From positions 186,001-245,749 of the forward strand of contig CT868035.1 in the NCBI GenBank assembly GCA_000165425.1: 59,749 nucleotides of DNA. The letters run 5' to 3'. The notes under the pieces were generated by a model. That model was not told the DNA's origin and did no database searches. It saw only the letters and a list, made by a program, of their open reading frames with translations. Both the position numbers and the translations under genes were made by a program. Origin of the DNA: Paramecium tetraurelia. Lineage: Eukaryota. The first letter of the stretch is position 1. Each line of letters opens with the position of its first letter. Below are positions 14,126-27,559 of the stretch, piece after piece.

Positions 14126-15375
14126 ATGAACAACAATGGCAACAATAATAATAACACAAATACTAATGATGTTGATGAGATCGAAAAGATTTTACAAATG
14201 GAAATCAACAGCAGTGATAATGAATAATAAAATAACTAGTAAAATGATTAAAGCAAAAGAGAGCAAGTTGAAAAGTATTTTGATAGTATGACTGCATAAG
14301 ACAAAATGCGTTTGTTGAAGAAAAGAAAGATCTGTGGCTTGGTGGAAGGCTGTGATACAATCGAAGGATATCAAAAACTCAATCGTATTCACGAGGGCGT
14401 GTAATGAAATTATTATATTTAGTTATGGTGAAGTATTTAGAGCAAGAGATATGCTCACTGGAGAAATCGTGGCCATCAAAAAGATCAAATTTAGTCAACA
14501 CATCGATAAGGAAGGATTCCCAATCACATCCATTCGGGAATTCAATTTGTTACTCTCACTCAATCATCAAAACATTGTTAAGGTCAAGCGAATTGTTATG
14601 GGATCCGATAAAGTATTCATGGTTATGGAATACATGGAACATGAATTAAAGGATCTGATTGAAAGGTCGAAGTATCAATTCTCTACTGCAGAAATCAAAT
14701 GTCTGCTCAGATAGTTGCTCCTTGGAATATAACACTTTCATTAAAAATCGGTTATGCACAGAGATTTAAAAACCTCCAATTTGTTGTATAACAATAAAGG
14801 CTAACTAAAAGTATGTGATTTCGGATTAGGTAGACGCTGTCAAAGAAACAAACAATACACTCTCAAAGTGGTGACATTATGGTATAGAGCACCAGAGTTA
14901 CTACTCAGCATTCCAAAATACAATCACAAAATTGACATCTGGTCTGCTGGTTGTATTTTTGGAGAACTACTACTCAAAGACCAACTATTCAAAGGTCAGA
15001 AGGAAATGGAGCAATTAGAACATATATTCCGAATCTTAGGTACTCCAACTGAAGAAACCTGGCCTGGATTAAAAGTATAACTCATATTCATATCAGAATA
15101 TTACATTGGCCGGTCCTTTGAGAACCATCCCTAAATACCCAGGAGTCAAGTTACAAGACATCATTTCAAAAGAATTTCAACTCTCCGAATGGGGTTATGA
15201 CCTGCTCAAGAAAATGTTAACACTAGACCCTGAAAAAAGAATTGAAGCCTCAGATGCCTTAAAACACCCTTGGTTTTCAGAATAACCATTGCCCTTGAGT
15301 GAAGATCTTATGCCCACCTTCCCTCCCTTGAATGAAGTCAACAGAGACGACGTTAGAAAGAAGGTCAAAAAGTGA
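14126..15375 (+). CDS. CDK11: Cyclin-dependent kinase, CDK11/PITSLRE type
   Basis: [13 protein letters not shown] (intron 14401-14422), [41 protein letters not shown], and a C-terminal MPTFP motif typical of CDK10/11. Second intron 15075-15096. Confidence 0.9.
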
Positions 15376-15399
15376 TAATTAAACACATAAAATATTATG

Positions 15400-16481
15400 A
15401 ATAATTACAAAACCTGCACTCTTAATTAATCTCTTTCATTAACTAACTCTCTTGCTTGATGTTACTCTATCTTCAGTTGCATTACTTCAGATGATTTATA
15501 ATAAGTTAACTTAATGGCATTAATTGCATCTGAGGGTGAAAGAGTATCCCAACTATCAGAATTTTATGATAAGAATAAACTAATCAATTCAATTTTTAGT
15601 AAGAATTTATAGGTTATAAATTATTTTGAATAAACTAAACATTTGAGAAAAATTGTAGGAACGAAATAAATAAAATAGGCAACAAAAAGAAAGATGTCTT
15701 TAATTTAATGAAATAATATTCCAATTCTGGTGGTTGTACTCATTAAATAATCTGCATCCTCAGATTATATTGGAAATAACAATAAACTAATAGTTATTCA
15801 ATAGATGTATGTTAAAATACACCCAATACATTTCAGAGTTCCGATGAATACATTAGAACAAGAAATCAATGATGTGGACTAATAGCATTGTTTTTAATCT
15901 GCCATCTACATTTTCTCTTTACTGCAAAAATGTAAGAGAACTCAATAAAAGGAACTTATATTGAGAGTCGAATCTTATCTGTAATGATTGGAATAAGATT
16001 TCTTTTATCAAATTAAAGTGATTTCTTATAATAATTAAATTCCTTAAAAAAGAGGATGTGTAATTTGATGGAATGAAGTGGAATTTCAATCTAATTCAAA
16101 AGAATTTGATGGAATACAGAATAGCAATTGTTTATGATAACATACGAAGAATTAAATACGCATATAAGAGAGATATCATTATAAGGAAATAATATAGAAA
16201 ATTGTAATTCTACTTAAGATCAATTGCATTGGCCATAAGGAGACTAAAATATTGGTAGCTATCTGAAGAAGTAATAGTAGATTGTAGATATTTGAGAAAT
16301 ACTTAAGAGGAATTCTACAATGACGGAGATGGCACAAAATGGGAAGGATGATGAATGGGATAAAATGAATAGTTCTATGAGGATGTAAGGATGAATGTAA
16401 CAGGAGTGGGATCCTTTGATGGTGCACAGAAAGGGGAGAGTTGGTTTGATCAAAAGGTGTGAGTAACTATGATATATTCAT
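15400..16481 (-). other. Probable coding or degenerate gene, exon structure unresolved
   Basis: Long minus-strand frames joined by a 27-nt stop-containing intron candidate (~16091-16117); candidate ATG at 16481. No fully consistent model found on either strand. Confidence 0.3.
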
Positions 16482-16495
16482 ATATTTTAATATTA

Positions 16496-18494
16496 ATGAT
16501 TGAAGAAGAGGATTCCACCTTCAGGGTGATTGTGATATTGCTCAACTCATTGTCTTTCACCTTTACTATTTTTATGTTGTTGTTTATTTGCACAATAAAA
16601 CAGCTTCACGAGAGACAAGGTCACACGATTCAAATTGTACTCATTTTAGAATGCATGTACTCATTTTTCTTAATTCTGTCGCAATTTTATTTTGATGAAA
16701 CGGACGTGTACGAAACAACATTTTTGGTGAGCACAGATGGTGCAGGTTGCCTTACTATAGGGATACTGAATGTGTTCACATCCTTTGCTTATTTCACAAA
16801 TATCAACCTCTACTCTTTGGAATCGGTAGGGATTTTGAGCTCTAGATTCACAAAAAATTACAAAATAAGACATTTGGCTGTTGTGTCAGGTTCTACATTT
16901 TTTGCATTTTTGGCTCTGTTGTCGAAAGCCATAGGATTCAACAAAATCGGTATGTGTTCCCTGCTCCCTGGGAATTTATTTACAGTATTCTTGTTGATAC
17001 TTACATCTGTCACCTTCATCATAATAGTTTGGACTTGTACATAAATTCATCGATTACGAAAAGTGTTGGGCAAAGACTTGACTTCGCACATCCAGGAAAA
17101 AAAGTACAACGTGAATTTGATCTACATCATAACTTTCCTGATCATTAGAATACTACCGGTATCGTACTCCTGTCGATTATTATAGGTATTGGTCTTGACC
17201 ATCATATCCTTGGCAGACAGCGACACGCAAACGTACACCGCAGCGTTCTATGTATTGGCAATCCCGATGTCATTAGGAGGAGTGTGTCTGAGTTTGATCA
17301 GATCTCAAGAACCAACGATTCAAGATTATTTGAACAGGAGAATGCAAAGATAAAAATCCGGAATTGTGGAACTTTCGTTGCCCAAAGTGGAAGTCAGAGC
17401 CTTGAGCGATACCATTTCGAATTTGAGCACGGAATCGCAAATAATCAAAACTCACTATTTCTCGTACCTTCAGGGAACAACAAGGGACAACAGTGTGGCC
17501 TATCGGAAGACTTGTCTGGACAATGAAGAATTGTATAAATTAGAATTATAATTCAAGGGTTGCAAAGCTGACATCTCAGATGGAAAATAATCAGACAAAG
17601 TTGAAATTGAGTGAATTCTTGCTCGTATTCAAAATAATCCGAGAAATGAACGTCGATGTGGTCGTACCTTCAATCACCTCCATCCTCACTCATTATCACA
17701 TGAAGCACATGCGACAGAGGATCTTGTACTTCGATAGTGATGCTTCCCTCAATGCATCCGAGATCGTGTGCACCAGCTACTCGGAATCTGTTTTCTTATA
17801 AATATAATCAATCGATTCATTTATGACATCATTTGATGAACAATCAAATAAAGTTTTTGTAGAGTCATTACACAATTCAAGATTGAAATTATAAACAAAC
17901 ATCCTAACCACATACGATGGAGAAGTACTTATCTCCATTATTAATAATTAAGCCAAGAGATATTTAACAAGGCATCTGCTCTCAGCTATTTACAATCTGA
18001 GCACCTAAGCCTCAAGATCCTTCATCCCTCCCATGATAGGACTCTACTCTATTGTAAACGAGAGTAATCAATACTCAATCCTCATCCAGAGAAATCTGCT
18101 CAACGCCATCATGCTAGAACAACAGGGCTTCAAAATCTAAGGCTTCTTCACCTATCAGCTCGGCCAAGTCGATGAGGAAATCAAAGGAGGCAACGACATC
18201 TACGCCAAAATCAAGATGAACCCCAAAGTCAAACAGGAATTCCTCAACACTCTCAACCAAGACCTCGCAATCCTCAGAGACCAGTTCCTCTGGGGCTACT
18301 CCTTCAACGTCATCTACTTGGAAGGCGAAGAGAAAACCAACATTCTCCCAAACATGTACAAGACTCGCAACGGCTACGCAATCGCCAGTTTGGGAGGAGT
18401 CCTGGATCAGTTCTGGATCTCCCACAATGAGTCCTCTGCCCATCCAGAACTCTACGCATCTTAATTAGCTTAACAAATTGATTTATTATTATGA
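16496..18494 (+). CDS. 7TM (GPCR-like) receptor fused to a degenerate PIP-kinase-like domain
   Basis: Seven hydrophobic segments with Cys before TM3 (GAGCLTIG) and in ECL2 (IGMCSL). After introns 17159-17185 and 17533-17557 the C-terminal domain follows PIPK order: TSYSESVF, TTYDGEVLISII, MIGLYSI, ILIQRNLL, LNQDLAILRDQFLWGYSF, SSAHPELYASQL. TGA 18492-18494. Confidence 0.8.
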
Positions 18495-18533
18495 TAGCCT
18501 CTTGCTTGTTAATTGTTTATAATCATTAATTCA

Positions 18534-19690
18534 TCATGTCTAGTAGTAATTCATCATACTGTCTGATTCAAACTCTTGTCCTAATTCAACAACAACCTTT
18601 CGTACTGACTCTCAGTAAATTGCATCGAATCATACTCCCACATTAACTATTACTTGTAACCATTTCAATAACACTTACTGATTATATTTTTAATGATTTA
18701 CTAGTTTTAATCAGAAAAATACTACCAAGAATGGCTTCTTCTAAATGACTACATCCTCCACTTGATTCAGACCTTTAACAATTAAGAATGTAGTTTGCTT
18801 TGGCTACTTGACATTATCCTCCTCCCAAATGATCTCAGCTTGCAATCAAACTTATTCAATTACAAAATCATCCAAGGTATCCTTCCCTATTTTCTCTTTT
18901 GGTTTCATATCATAAACGAGTATATTGAATTTTTGTCATACCCAGCATGTCTTAGCTGTGAAATAATCTTATTCGCCTAAGTTATACTTCACATTATGGA
19001 TCTTCAAATTAACATTCATAATCTTACTGCCACTTCTATTAAATATTCATCAAATTTATTTCCTCCAATACGTAGTTATTTAGCGATCAGAATGATTCCC
19101 ATCACGTTTATTGAAACTGCAACCTAATCTCCCGACTTTACCTGTAAGTTGTAGCGTCTCAATAGGATGTCATCATCATGATGTTTTTCTTCTCTCCTGT
19201 CATCTTGTTCCAATAACTCAGCATACTCTTGCGCTTCGAATTCAGGCAACAAAGGCAACTGGAATTTCATTATTTCTTTAGGTTGATCTATAAAATTATC
19301 ATCATCCTATTTCACTTCTTATTCCTCCACATTTTGACAATACATCCTTATCGAATATTCAGGGAGCACAGCCTCCTAAGAACCATCTTCGAAGACAGCC
19401 ACTTTGGAACTTTGGATATTGAATTTATTATAAGTGTTCCAGATAACATCATTGATCTTCCTTATGTCCTCATCCAAATAGAACCCCTTTATATTAATCA
19501 ACTTTCTATAGGTATGACGCATAAAGTTAGTATAACTAGAGTAATTCGCTTTCTCGTTCCATGCAAACAGTTCCTGGAGATCGTAAATGCAAGTAGGTTT
19601 AAGCATTATGTGTTTCTCATGGGAATTATTTGTTTATGACCACTGAATTCTGTTAAGATTAGAGTCTCTATATAATTTAGTATTCGATCA
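18534..19690 (-). other. Probable gene with an actin/Hsp70/MreB-like motif; boundaries uncertain
   Basis: Stop-free frame ~19687-19025 including VAVSINVMGIILIAKQLRIGGNKFDEYLIE. Several intron-like elements downstream, but 5' and 3' exons could not be fixed. Confidence 0.4.
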
Positions 19691-19888
19691 TAGAAATAGA
19701 CTCTCTTCAACATCCCCTTTTTGGCTCTACCCCAAAACTTGTTTTTAATTCTTCTTATTTTTAATTTCTCAGAGTTAATTAATGCATATCAAAATACATA
19801 AATGGCAAATAAATTTCATTAAATGATTGGAATTTGGGAATGCCTCTCCACTCTTAGGCTTTTGAATATAACTTATAAAATTAAATGT

Positions 19889-19902
19889 CACACACACACA
19901 CA
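19889..19902. repeat. (CA)7 microsatellite
   Basis: Sequence ...gtCACACACACACACAtaa, just past the 3' end of the 19915-24024 gene. Confidence 0.85.
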
Positions 19903-19914
19903 TAAATTATTCAA

Positions 19915-22900
19915 TCACATGGTTCTTAATTGCTAATCTTACATAGGGTAATAGTTTTGATATGACAAACGAATTGACCTTCTTCGCATAACATAAAATA
20001 GCATAACGACTGCCAGCAAACTTGCTATCACGATAACGGCTATAATCCATCCAACACTACAAACTTAATTAAAGAAATTACCTAGCAGAACTCTTGACTG
20101 GTTCATAGAGTGATTTCAAAGTAACTTATTTAGAAGCATTACTGAAATCATTCAACAAAGTGATAGTTAATTCTTACTTCAGATCCAATTCGACAGTGTT
20201 GGAAACTGCAAGTATTGGCTAATCCTTGAGAGCATAGAGATTCAAGCATATTTTCTCCTTGTATCGTACCAGATTAGTCAAGACATAATAGGATACATTG
20301 TCAGTATGAAGTACATACACAACTGGAGGCGTATCCGAAGGCAAGACATCGTCTCTGATGCCAGAAAGAGAAGTCAATGTTATAGGTGAAGTTACTTTTT
20401 ATGTGATAGTGGGAATAATGTAAAATAACATGACTGTCTTTATTCCATTGGAATATGGAATGCACAATTTATTGGATTTAATGGACCCTGCTGGCAGAGT
20501 TTTCCAACCACCATATTGATTGACAATGAAGAGGATGTCACTGGAATGATACTCGTAATTGAAGTCAAAGGAAAATTGCATTCCATAGGAGGCAACGTTA
20601 TTAGTGATCACAATCATCTTGAACAAGATCTATTGGGTTACAGTTTTCTCAATCTCAGAGTATGACAATAATTGGATGAACTTTGTATCTGATTGTGCAT
20701 ACTAATTGTGATTTGTGATTTCATTCTATAAGTTGCGAACTTGAGAGTTGATTAAACTCATAGATCCATTCTTTATTTTATAAAACAGGAACAAAATCTA
20801 ATTGGTTGAATCTAAGAGTGTGATTCCATACTCTGGTTTATTGTCGGTGTATATTTTGGAGACAAAAAAGTAGTTGACTCCTTTGCAAGGGGAATAGGAT
20901 GCAATGCTGGTTGTGGACTTCAACTCCAGAGTCCATGAAGTTTGAGTGTAGGTGATGTGATAGATCATTATTTCTTAGGGAGTGCTTAGTATCAGGAATT
21001 CATCCTGGATCAAGTACATTTGACCAACAGAAGGTGCTTGAATTGTCTTAGTCTATAGTTGAGAACAAGAGTACGAACTCTTGCAAGTGACCATTAATAA
21101 ATTAGTAGTCTTTTCGTTTTTGCCTGCCAAAATGATGTAATGTTATTGTGGATGAACAGCGACGCTATAATATTCTTGGGGCAAATGTAAGTCCAGAGTT
21201 GATTTCAGATTGACATCTATAATTACGAGTGAATTTTTATTCAGGATAAGATGATGGTCGTCATCAAATTTGGTTATGATTCTTGCATTGCCAAGAAAGT
21301 TGTAGGTAATAGGAAATACTGGTTCATTGAGTACTATTTCCTTTGGACATTATTTACACTGCACATTAATATCCACCACTTGACCGTTGTACCAATCATT
21401 ACCCAGGGACAAAAAATTGGTCTAGTTTTATTCTCCCAACAGAACCTCTTTGAAACCTGTATCCGTGATGGTTACATATTCCATTCTATTGATTACAGTA
21501 ATTTCAGTTGTAAAATCCAACTAATTGAAGGAATTGGAAACTGAAAATGCTTCATTGACTGATTGGCAATAATCTGTAAACTTATCAGGAGACCTCAACA
21601 AGGCTGCTGCTTAGGTTTTCTACAAAATTGAAAAGAAATGATTTTATTTCAGATATTGGAAGAATAAGGAGGATGTTTAGAATCCATCAACTGATATAAT
21701 AATATTATTGAAATCTCCAGCAATGGATGTACTGATCACTTAAAGCAATGAGTCGTGAGCTTATGACTCTGGTTGATACACGAGGAAACTTATCTTACCA
21801 TTGGTTGATTCACAGGGAATGAATAATAATCCATTGTGTTTAGATTGGACTGCATAAACTGGATTAACTATCTTATATCCATATAATGGTAATGATTTAA
21901 TGGCCTTATTTTGCTATGAAGTCATAAAGTATTCTTATATCGTTTTTGAATTCACCACAGTGAAGGAGTTATCATAAATGGAAACATAGATGTCTTAGTC
22001 ATAGTTCATGAAGTATTCTATTTCCTAAGACAAAAAGTTGAATCTGTATACAATTAAAGTGGACTTTGTTTTCACGATCAAAATTTAACTGCTATGATAG
22101 GGATTATTGAATATCTGCAATCCAGGTTCAGGAGGAGTGATCTTTTCGACTAATTAACCGAGTTCATAGACATCGATTTCTCCATTGGATAAAAGGACAA
22201 ACACATTCTTTTGAGAACCCAAAACTTGAACCACTGTCAGTCCTTTATTCTTGATTGTTTGAATGTGATGGATCTTCTCCAGGGATATTTCCCAGATCTC
22301 GATTTCATTAGGCGCACTAGAAAATGCGAAATAGATATCATCATCATAGACCCATCCTGAAAAGGTGTTTCTGGTCAACGAAACATCGTTTTCTATTGAT
22401 ATCTATAATGGCACGCATTCACACTTTGGCAGATATAGATTGCATCCCCATAATTCCATAATCAAGGTCTTCTTTTAAAATACCATAATCGATAGATGTT
22501 GATCAATGGAAATGGTCTCCTAGAACACAATTTCTGTTGGGAGTGCTAGATGTACTTGTTCAATTTGTCTATAGAAATTCAAAACGATATCAGTTTATGG
22601 TGACTCCTATTTATACATCTGATTTGGCCCTGACAAGAATGGATCAAGATATTCAAAATAAAGATCATATTATATGGCATTCTTGAACAAAGTGGGAGTA
22701 CTAATTTCATATAGGTTTTGATCTGAACTGTCCAAAAATTCATATGTTATTTTAGATACTTCTAATTGTTATAAATTTTAGGCATCTATGTAAGTTGCTT
22801 TCAATGTGATTTGTGATTAACCAATTTTTGAAGACTTGGATGATCCCTGCAAATACCCGTTGCTCAAGATATATTTATTGATGAATGTTTTCTAGACTTC

Positions 22901-24024
22901 GAGCAAAGTGGAATAGACACCAGACACCAAGAATTGATTGCCATTCCAAGGTTTCGATTTCACAATTTGCTTATCATTTAAATTAATCTGCAATAGAGCC
23001 TAGTCTTATTGCACAAGTATGTATTGGTTTGATATTCGCACACTCTAACCTACTACATTCATTTCTATGGGTTGATTCACAAAATCGTTGTAGTAATACA
23101 ATTTCCCATTTTGAGTGAGGATAACCAATTCAAATTTCTCGTTCCCATTCAAATCTGACACAACGTTCACATCAAATGCCACTCCTTTGCTGGACAATAG
23201 AATTTAGAGATTCAATTTCCACTCCTCCTTGTATGAGAGGATCGAGAGTCGGGTCTCTTCAAGTACATAGACGAGTCCAAATTTTGATATGAAATCAACC
23301 AACTTGAATTGATATGACTTGTCTTTAATTTGGGCCAATTTGATCATCACAGTTGTATTTAATGTATTTTTGGAGATTTTCAGAGAGTTCAAATCGTAAA
23401 CATCGATTATTGAGTACTCATCACTTGATTACCCGAGGAGCACAATATCATCATCTAGAACATTCATTTTCCTAAATGTTATTTGGGATTGGGCTATGCT
23501 GTTTTTATCAAGCAGTTTGCTTTGTTTAGTGTCTGAACCTACTTACACAAAATAAAACAAATTGAATTATTTCGAATCCAAACAATCTATGATCAGAGTG
23601 GTGTCATCGATGAAGTCAAGAGAATAACAATTCTCATTCAATTTCTACATACCCTAGAATTATGGAGTATCCACTGGTAATGTCCTAATTATTGATAATA
23701 TGAATACTATTTTGTCCAATACACAGTATTCTATTAATCTATGACTGCAAATTACGTAAATCTGCTATTGCTCACTACACTCTTCGGTTAATCGTTCATT
23801 GTGTGATTCGACGCACCTAATTAAAGACATAATCACTCCCTTTTACCTATCAACTGTATGCTCTCTACGATGGTGAATGGAGAAACTACGGGTGTCAATT
23901 CATAACTTGGGTTGTCAATGCTTCCGAAAATATCTTTGAGGTCATAAATGAACAACTCATTCACCAATGGGAATATGGTGAGATCTCTTGCAAAGACTAT
24001 CGTAATCAATAGTGGAATAAACAT
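19915..24024 (-). CDS. Large type-I membrane/surface protein (~1350 aa)
   Basis: Signal peptide MFIPLLITIVFA, long beta-rich ectodomain, TM VGWIIAVIVIASLLAVVMLFYVM followed by RRR and a short tail ending at TGA 19915. Introns 23817-23836 and 20057-20081. Confidence 0.85.
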
Positions 24025-24165
24025 ATTTTAAAATTTTAATATATTACTCTAATTATATACCAAATTAGATAAATTTCAGAATAATCTCAAAATCGATTTT
24101 AATAATTACATTAAATTTGCTCATATCAATATTATATAAATATTTGATTATATAAAAATAATCAA

Positions 24166-25614
24166 TCAGTCACTATACAATTGATAAATTATGAATTTGT
24201 TCTTGCCTCCTTAAATCAAGTAGTTGCCCTCATCTGTCATTTCAATTGAAAAATGATCATCCTTCAAATCTATCGATTATAACACATTCAATGAACTAGT
24301 GGGCTTATAAATCAAAGTAACTTTATTTAGTTATTTCTAAACCAAGATGTTTCTTGTTTTATTGTAAATCAATGGACTAAATTACCCATCAGATCCATTG
24401 TCCTCCAAATTCATCTCTGTTAACTTGTTTAATTGCTTCTGACCGATCTCAAACACTTGAATTGAATTCGCGTTATGAGGCACCCAAACAAATTTACAAT
24501 TGTATACAAAACACACCTTCTTTCCATAAACACTTTAAGCGAGCTAGTATTTTTAATACCATTATTGGTTCTCCTTAATCTCCCAAACGATCACCGTATT
24601 ATCTCGACTAGTCGACACTAACAGTGTGTTCTAATCATTCAATGAAATCTAGTACACTGGGCCCTTGTGATTTCTCATCACTTACCCACATCTCCATTCT
24701 GATCTCACATAATTCCAAACTCTTATGGATCCGTCATCACTGCTTGACATCATGGCTTCTTCACTCTTCCCCAACACCAAACAATTAATTCTTCCTTTAT
24801 GCTCATTCAACTTACTTACTGCCTTCCAAAGATACCAAACCACAATCTGAGCATCTGTGCTTCCAGAAAAAAAAAAGTTTTATTTCCTACTAACGCACAA
24901 ACTAACAACATCTCCATTATGTTCTCTAAGAACCCTTTGTTGATTCAGCACTCCCTTCTAGAATTCCCAAACGAATATGTCATTCTTAGAAGTTGTTATC
25001 ATTATGTTTCCATTTTGATTAAAGGCTATGGCTTCACAGGGATCTTCTATATTGACTTCATTTATCTTCTTGTAATATGTATCCATAGTATTTCCCTCCT
25101 CTTGAGTCGAATTCCCCTTGGTTAGTGAAAGTTATTTCTCCAATAACTCCTTCTAAGGATTCTGATTAAAAAACCTATCTAAAATTTCATATAACTATGG
25201 TTTTAAGTTTAGCATCAATTTTTGTAAGAACTTCTCCTAAAAACTCGTCAATGAGCTGAGTCGTTCCCCTAAAATTTAGAGTTGTGACAATCCAACTATA
25301 CTAAAGTTGTCTTGCAAAGGACTTACCCTTTAATTAATTTCAATTTAAATTGATGCTATGGCTGAATTAATCTCTTAGACCAAAGTCTTCCTTAAAGTTT
25401 CTAGTTGTACGATAAGAACATAAGGCAAAGCCTCCTTGTTGTTTTATTATTCTTAATAGAAAGCATTCAATCTCTCAAAACTTTATTTTAAACTAACAGG
25501 CTTTTTGCCCTAACATTCCACACATAATGTTCTCCTTCCCAAATCAATATTCTCCTCTATGTCCAGTTAAATGATCTATTCGTTGTGCTCAGGACACAAG
25601 ACCTCAATATTCAT
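24166..25614 (-). CDS. WD40-repeat protein with N-terminal Cys/His box, 482 aa
   Basis: MNIEVLCPEHNEQ...LCVEC at the N-terminus. WD repeats: HKGRINCLV...SSSDDGSIRVW and HKGPV...STSRDNTVIVW. ATG 25614 to TGA 24166 in frame. Confidence 0.85.
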
Positions 25615-25732
25615 AGTGAAAATAATAATATAAACAAATAAAATATAATTGATCAGAATGTTTGGAGAAGATGTAAAAAACAAAGGGATTGTAAATTGAT
25701 TTAATACCTCAATGACAAGTGCAAAATGAATT

Positions 25733-26241
25733 TCATTTTGGAATAATTCTATTTATTTTATCAAAATATCGTATAATTAAGTATATGGACAGCATGCTCA
25801 CCATAACAAGTAGTATCTTAGAACATTTCGATGTTTTAATGCTGGGTTTCTTATTTTCATTCTATATGTAGCGTCTCTTATAATTTTTGACGACTATTCC
25901 GATTTGTTGATAACCATACTCTGGCGTGGTGTGTAAGTAACGTTCGTACGACGACGGCATAACCATAGTGATCATTTGCATATTTTCATCCAATTCATCC
26001 AAATTAATTTTAGGAAAAAGAGTGACAAAGACTAGATGTTTTGTTTGGGTCCCACGATTCCGGCCCATGGACTGACCAAATAGTAATGGTTAGCTGGTAG
26101 TTTGAACTAAAATTCTAATCGATGATACATTGAATGCTATTGGAGTAGTGGTATCATTGTAGAGGAAATTCTGGTTTCCATATTCCTTTCGTAATTATAA
26201 ATGAATTCAACATTGTTAGAACTTGGTCGAAGATGTTACAT
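25733..26241 (-). CDS. Hypothetical small protein with C-terminal TM segment (start uncertain)
   Basis: Frame containing ORF 25862-26068 continues through TAG to ILLVMVSMLSIYLII and TGA at 25733. The 5' exon is unresolved (ATG candidates 26068 and 26241). Confidence 0.45.
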
Positions 26242-26435
26242 TTAAATTAATTAATGATAAATTTTACAAAATAAAATTTTTTGCAAATTATGAGAAAATA
26301 AATCAGAACTTATTTGTTTAGTTAGGATTGAATTGAAATCAATTAGTCTAAAATTTTAATAAAATAATTGAATAGGGTCATGTATTTCTGGAATTGAGAT
26401 ATTTACCCAATAATAAAGTCAATATAAATTAAAAT

Positions 26436-27242
26436 ATGTTAATATAAATAATTTTGTTAAGTGTGGGTTATGCACAATTAGAGTATGTAAAGGAAGTGAT
26501 GAATTTATTAGCAGACCAAGAATGCAATTTTAAAAACAGAATTGTTTATGGACAATAAAAACTTCATCACTTATCAGGAATTTACTTTTGTGATTCTTAT
26601 GCCAAAAGAACATGTTGCAGCTAACAAAATCTAGAAGAACTCAAATTTAAGTACTCTTAATAAAAGTATGTCTTAGATGGTACAGAGAATAGCAATAAGC
26701 AGTCGAACTCACACAATAATGTTAGGAAATATTTATCAAGACCATTTGTTCAGATTGCGATGGAGATATTGGACAACAAATAAGGGTTGGGTTCTGTCCT
26801 AAATATTGCAGTCAAATGTATCATGCTTGTTAGAACGACTTATTCTAATATGATGAAAAAACTTAGAAATTAAGGCTATGCTATTAAGTAAGATCATGTA
26901 TGATTGTAGAATGACGTGTTTTGTTCCGAACTGAGAAATATTGTAAATAGCGGAGATCAATTCTGTACTTCATTAGGATATAAAGTGAATTCTTATTCAA
27001 ATATAGATGAGTGGTTGGAAAATAAGTATTTGAATTTATCTACAAATCCTTTGTGTTGGGATGGCACTCCTTCGCATAGAATATGGGGAGCTGATAAGAA
27101 GTTGCCAGAAACGAAAGTAAATACTAAGAGCAAGAAGTAACATACAAAAGAGGAATAACAATCCAACTTGGGACTTTGGATATTTACTGTGATTGTCATA
27201 ATTGTGGTAGCATATCTTGCAAAAATATTGTCAAAAAAATGA
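26436..27242 (+). CDS. Folate-receptor-family (FRB/PF03024-like) Cys-rich membrane protein
   Basis: Signal peptide; Cys pattern FCDSYAKRTCC ... C..IFIKTICSDCDGDIG ... FCPKYCSQMYHAC ... FC..LGY ... CWDG; C-terminal TM LWIFTVIVIIVVAYL. Three tiny introns; TGA 27240-27242. Confidence 0.75.
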
Positions 27243-27559
27243 TTAATGTATGTATGTATTTTAATTATGTCACAACCTCACCTACGGAATTAGTATTTTA
27301 ATCAAAATTTATAATTTAATATAAATGAATGTTTTGTTCTGATTTCTAAACTAATTAACTTTCGTTATGTTACTATTTGATAAGTACATGTATAAGAATT
27401 TAAGAATGTCGATAAAATACAACCATGTAATGAAATATTTTAACTCATCCATCCTTATGAAGGTGTCCTGTTATTTTTATCATATTCATCTATAAATTAA
27501 GGATTCATTTTTCATATTATGATGAGAATAGTTCAGTAGTACTAATTATAATTATGATC

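Noticed and set aside
14126..14250. AAT/AAC-rich repeat
   Set aside because: It is an ordinary Asn/Gln low-complexity N-terminus of the CDK11-like kinase.
16340..16462. TGA read-through or selenocysteine in a plus-strand frame (GGA TGA TGA ATG...)
   Set aside because: No selenoprotein motif or recognisable SECIS, and the strand of this locus is itself unresolved.
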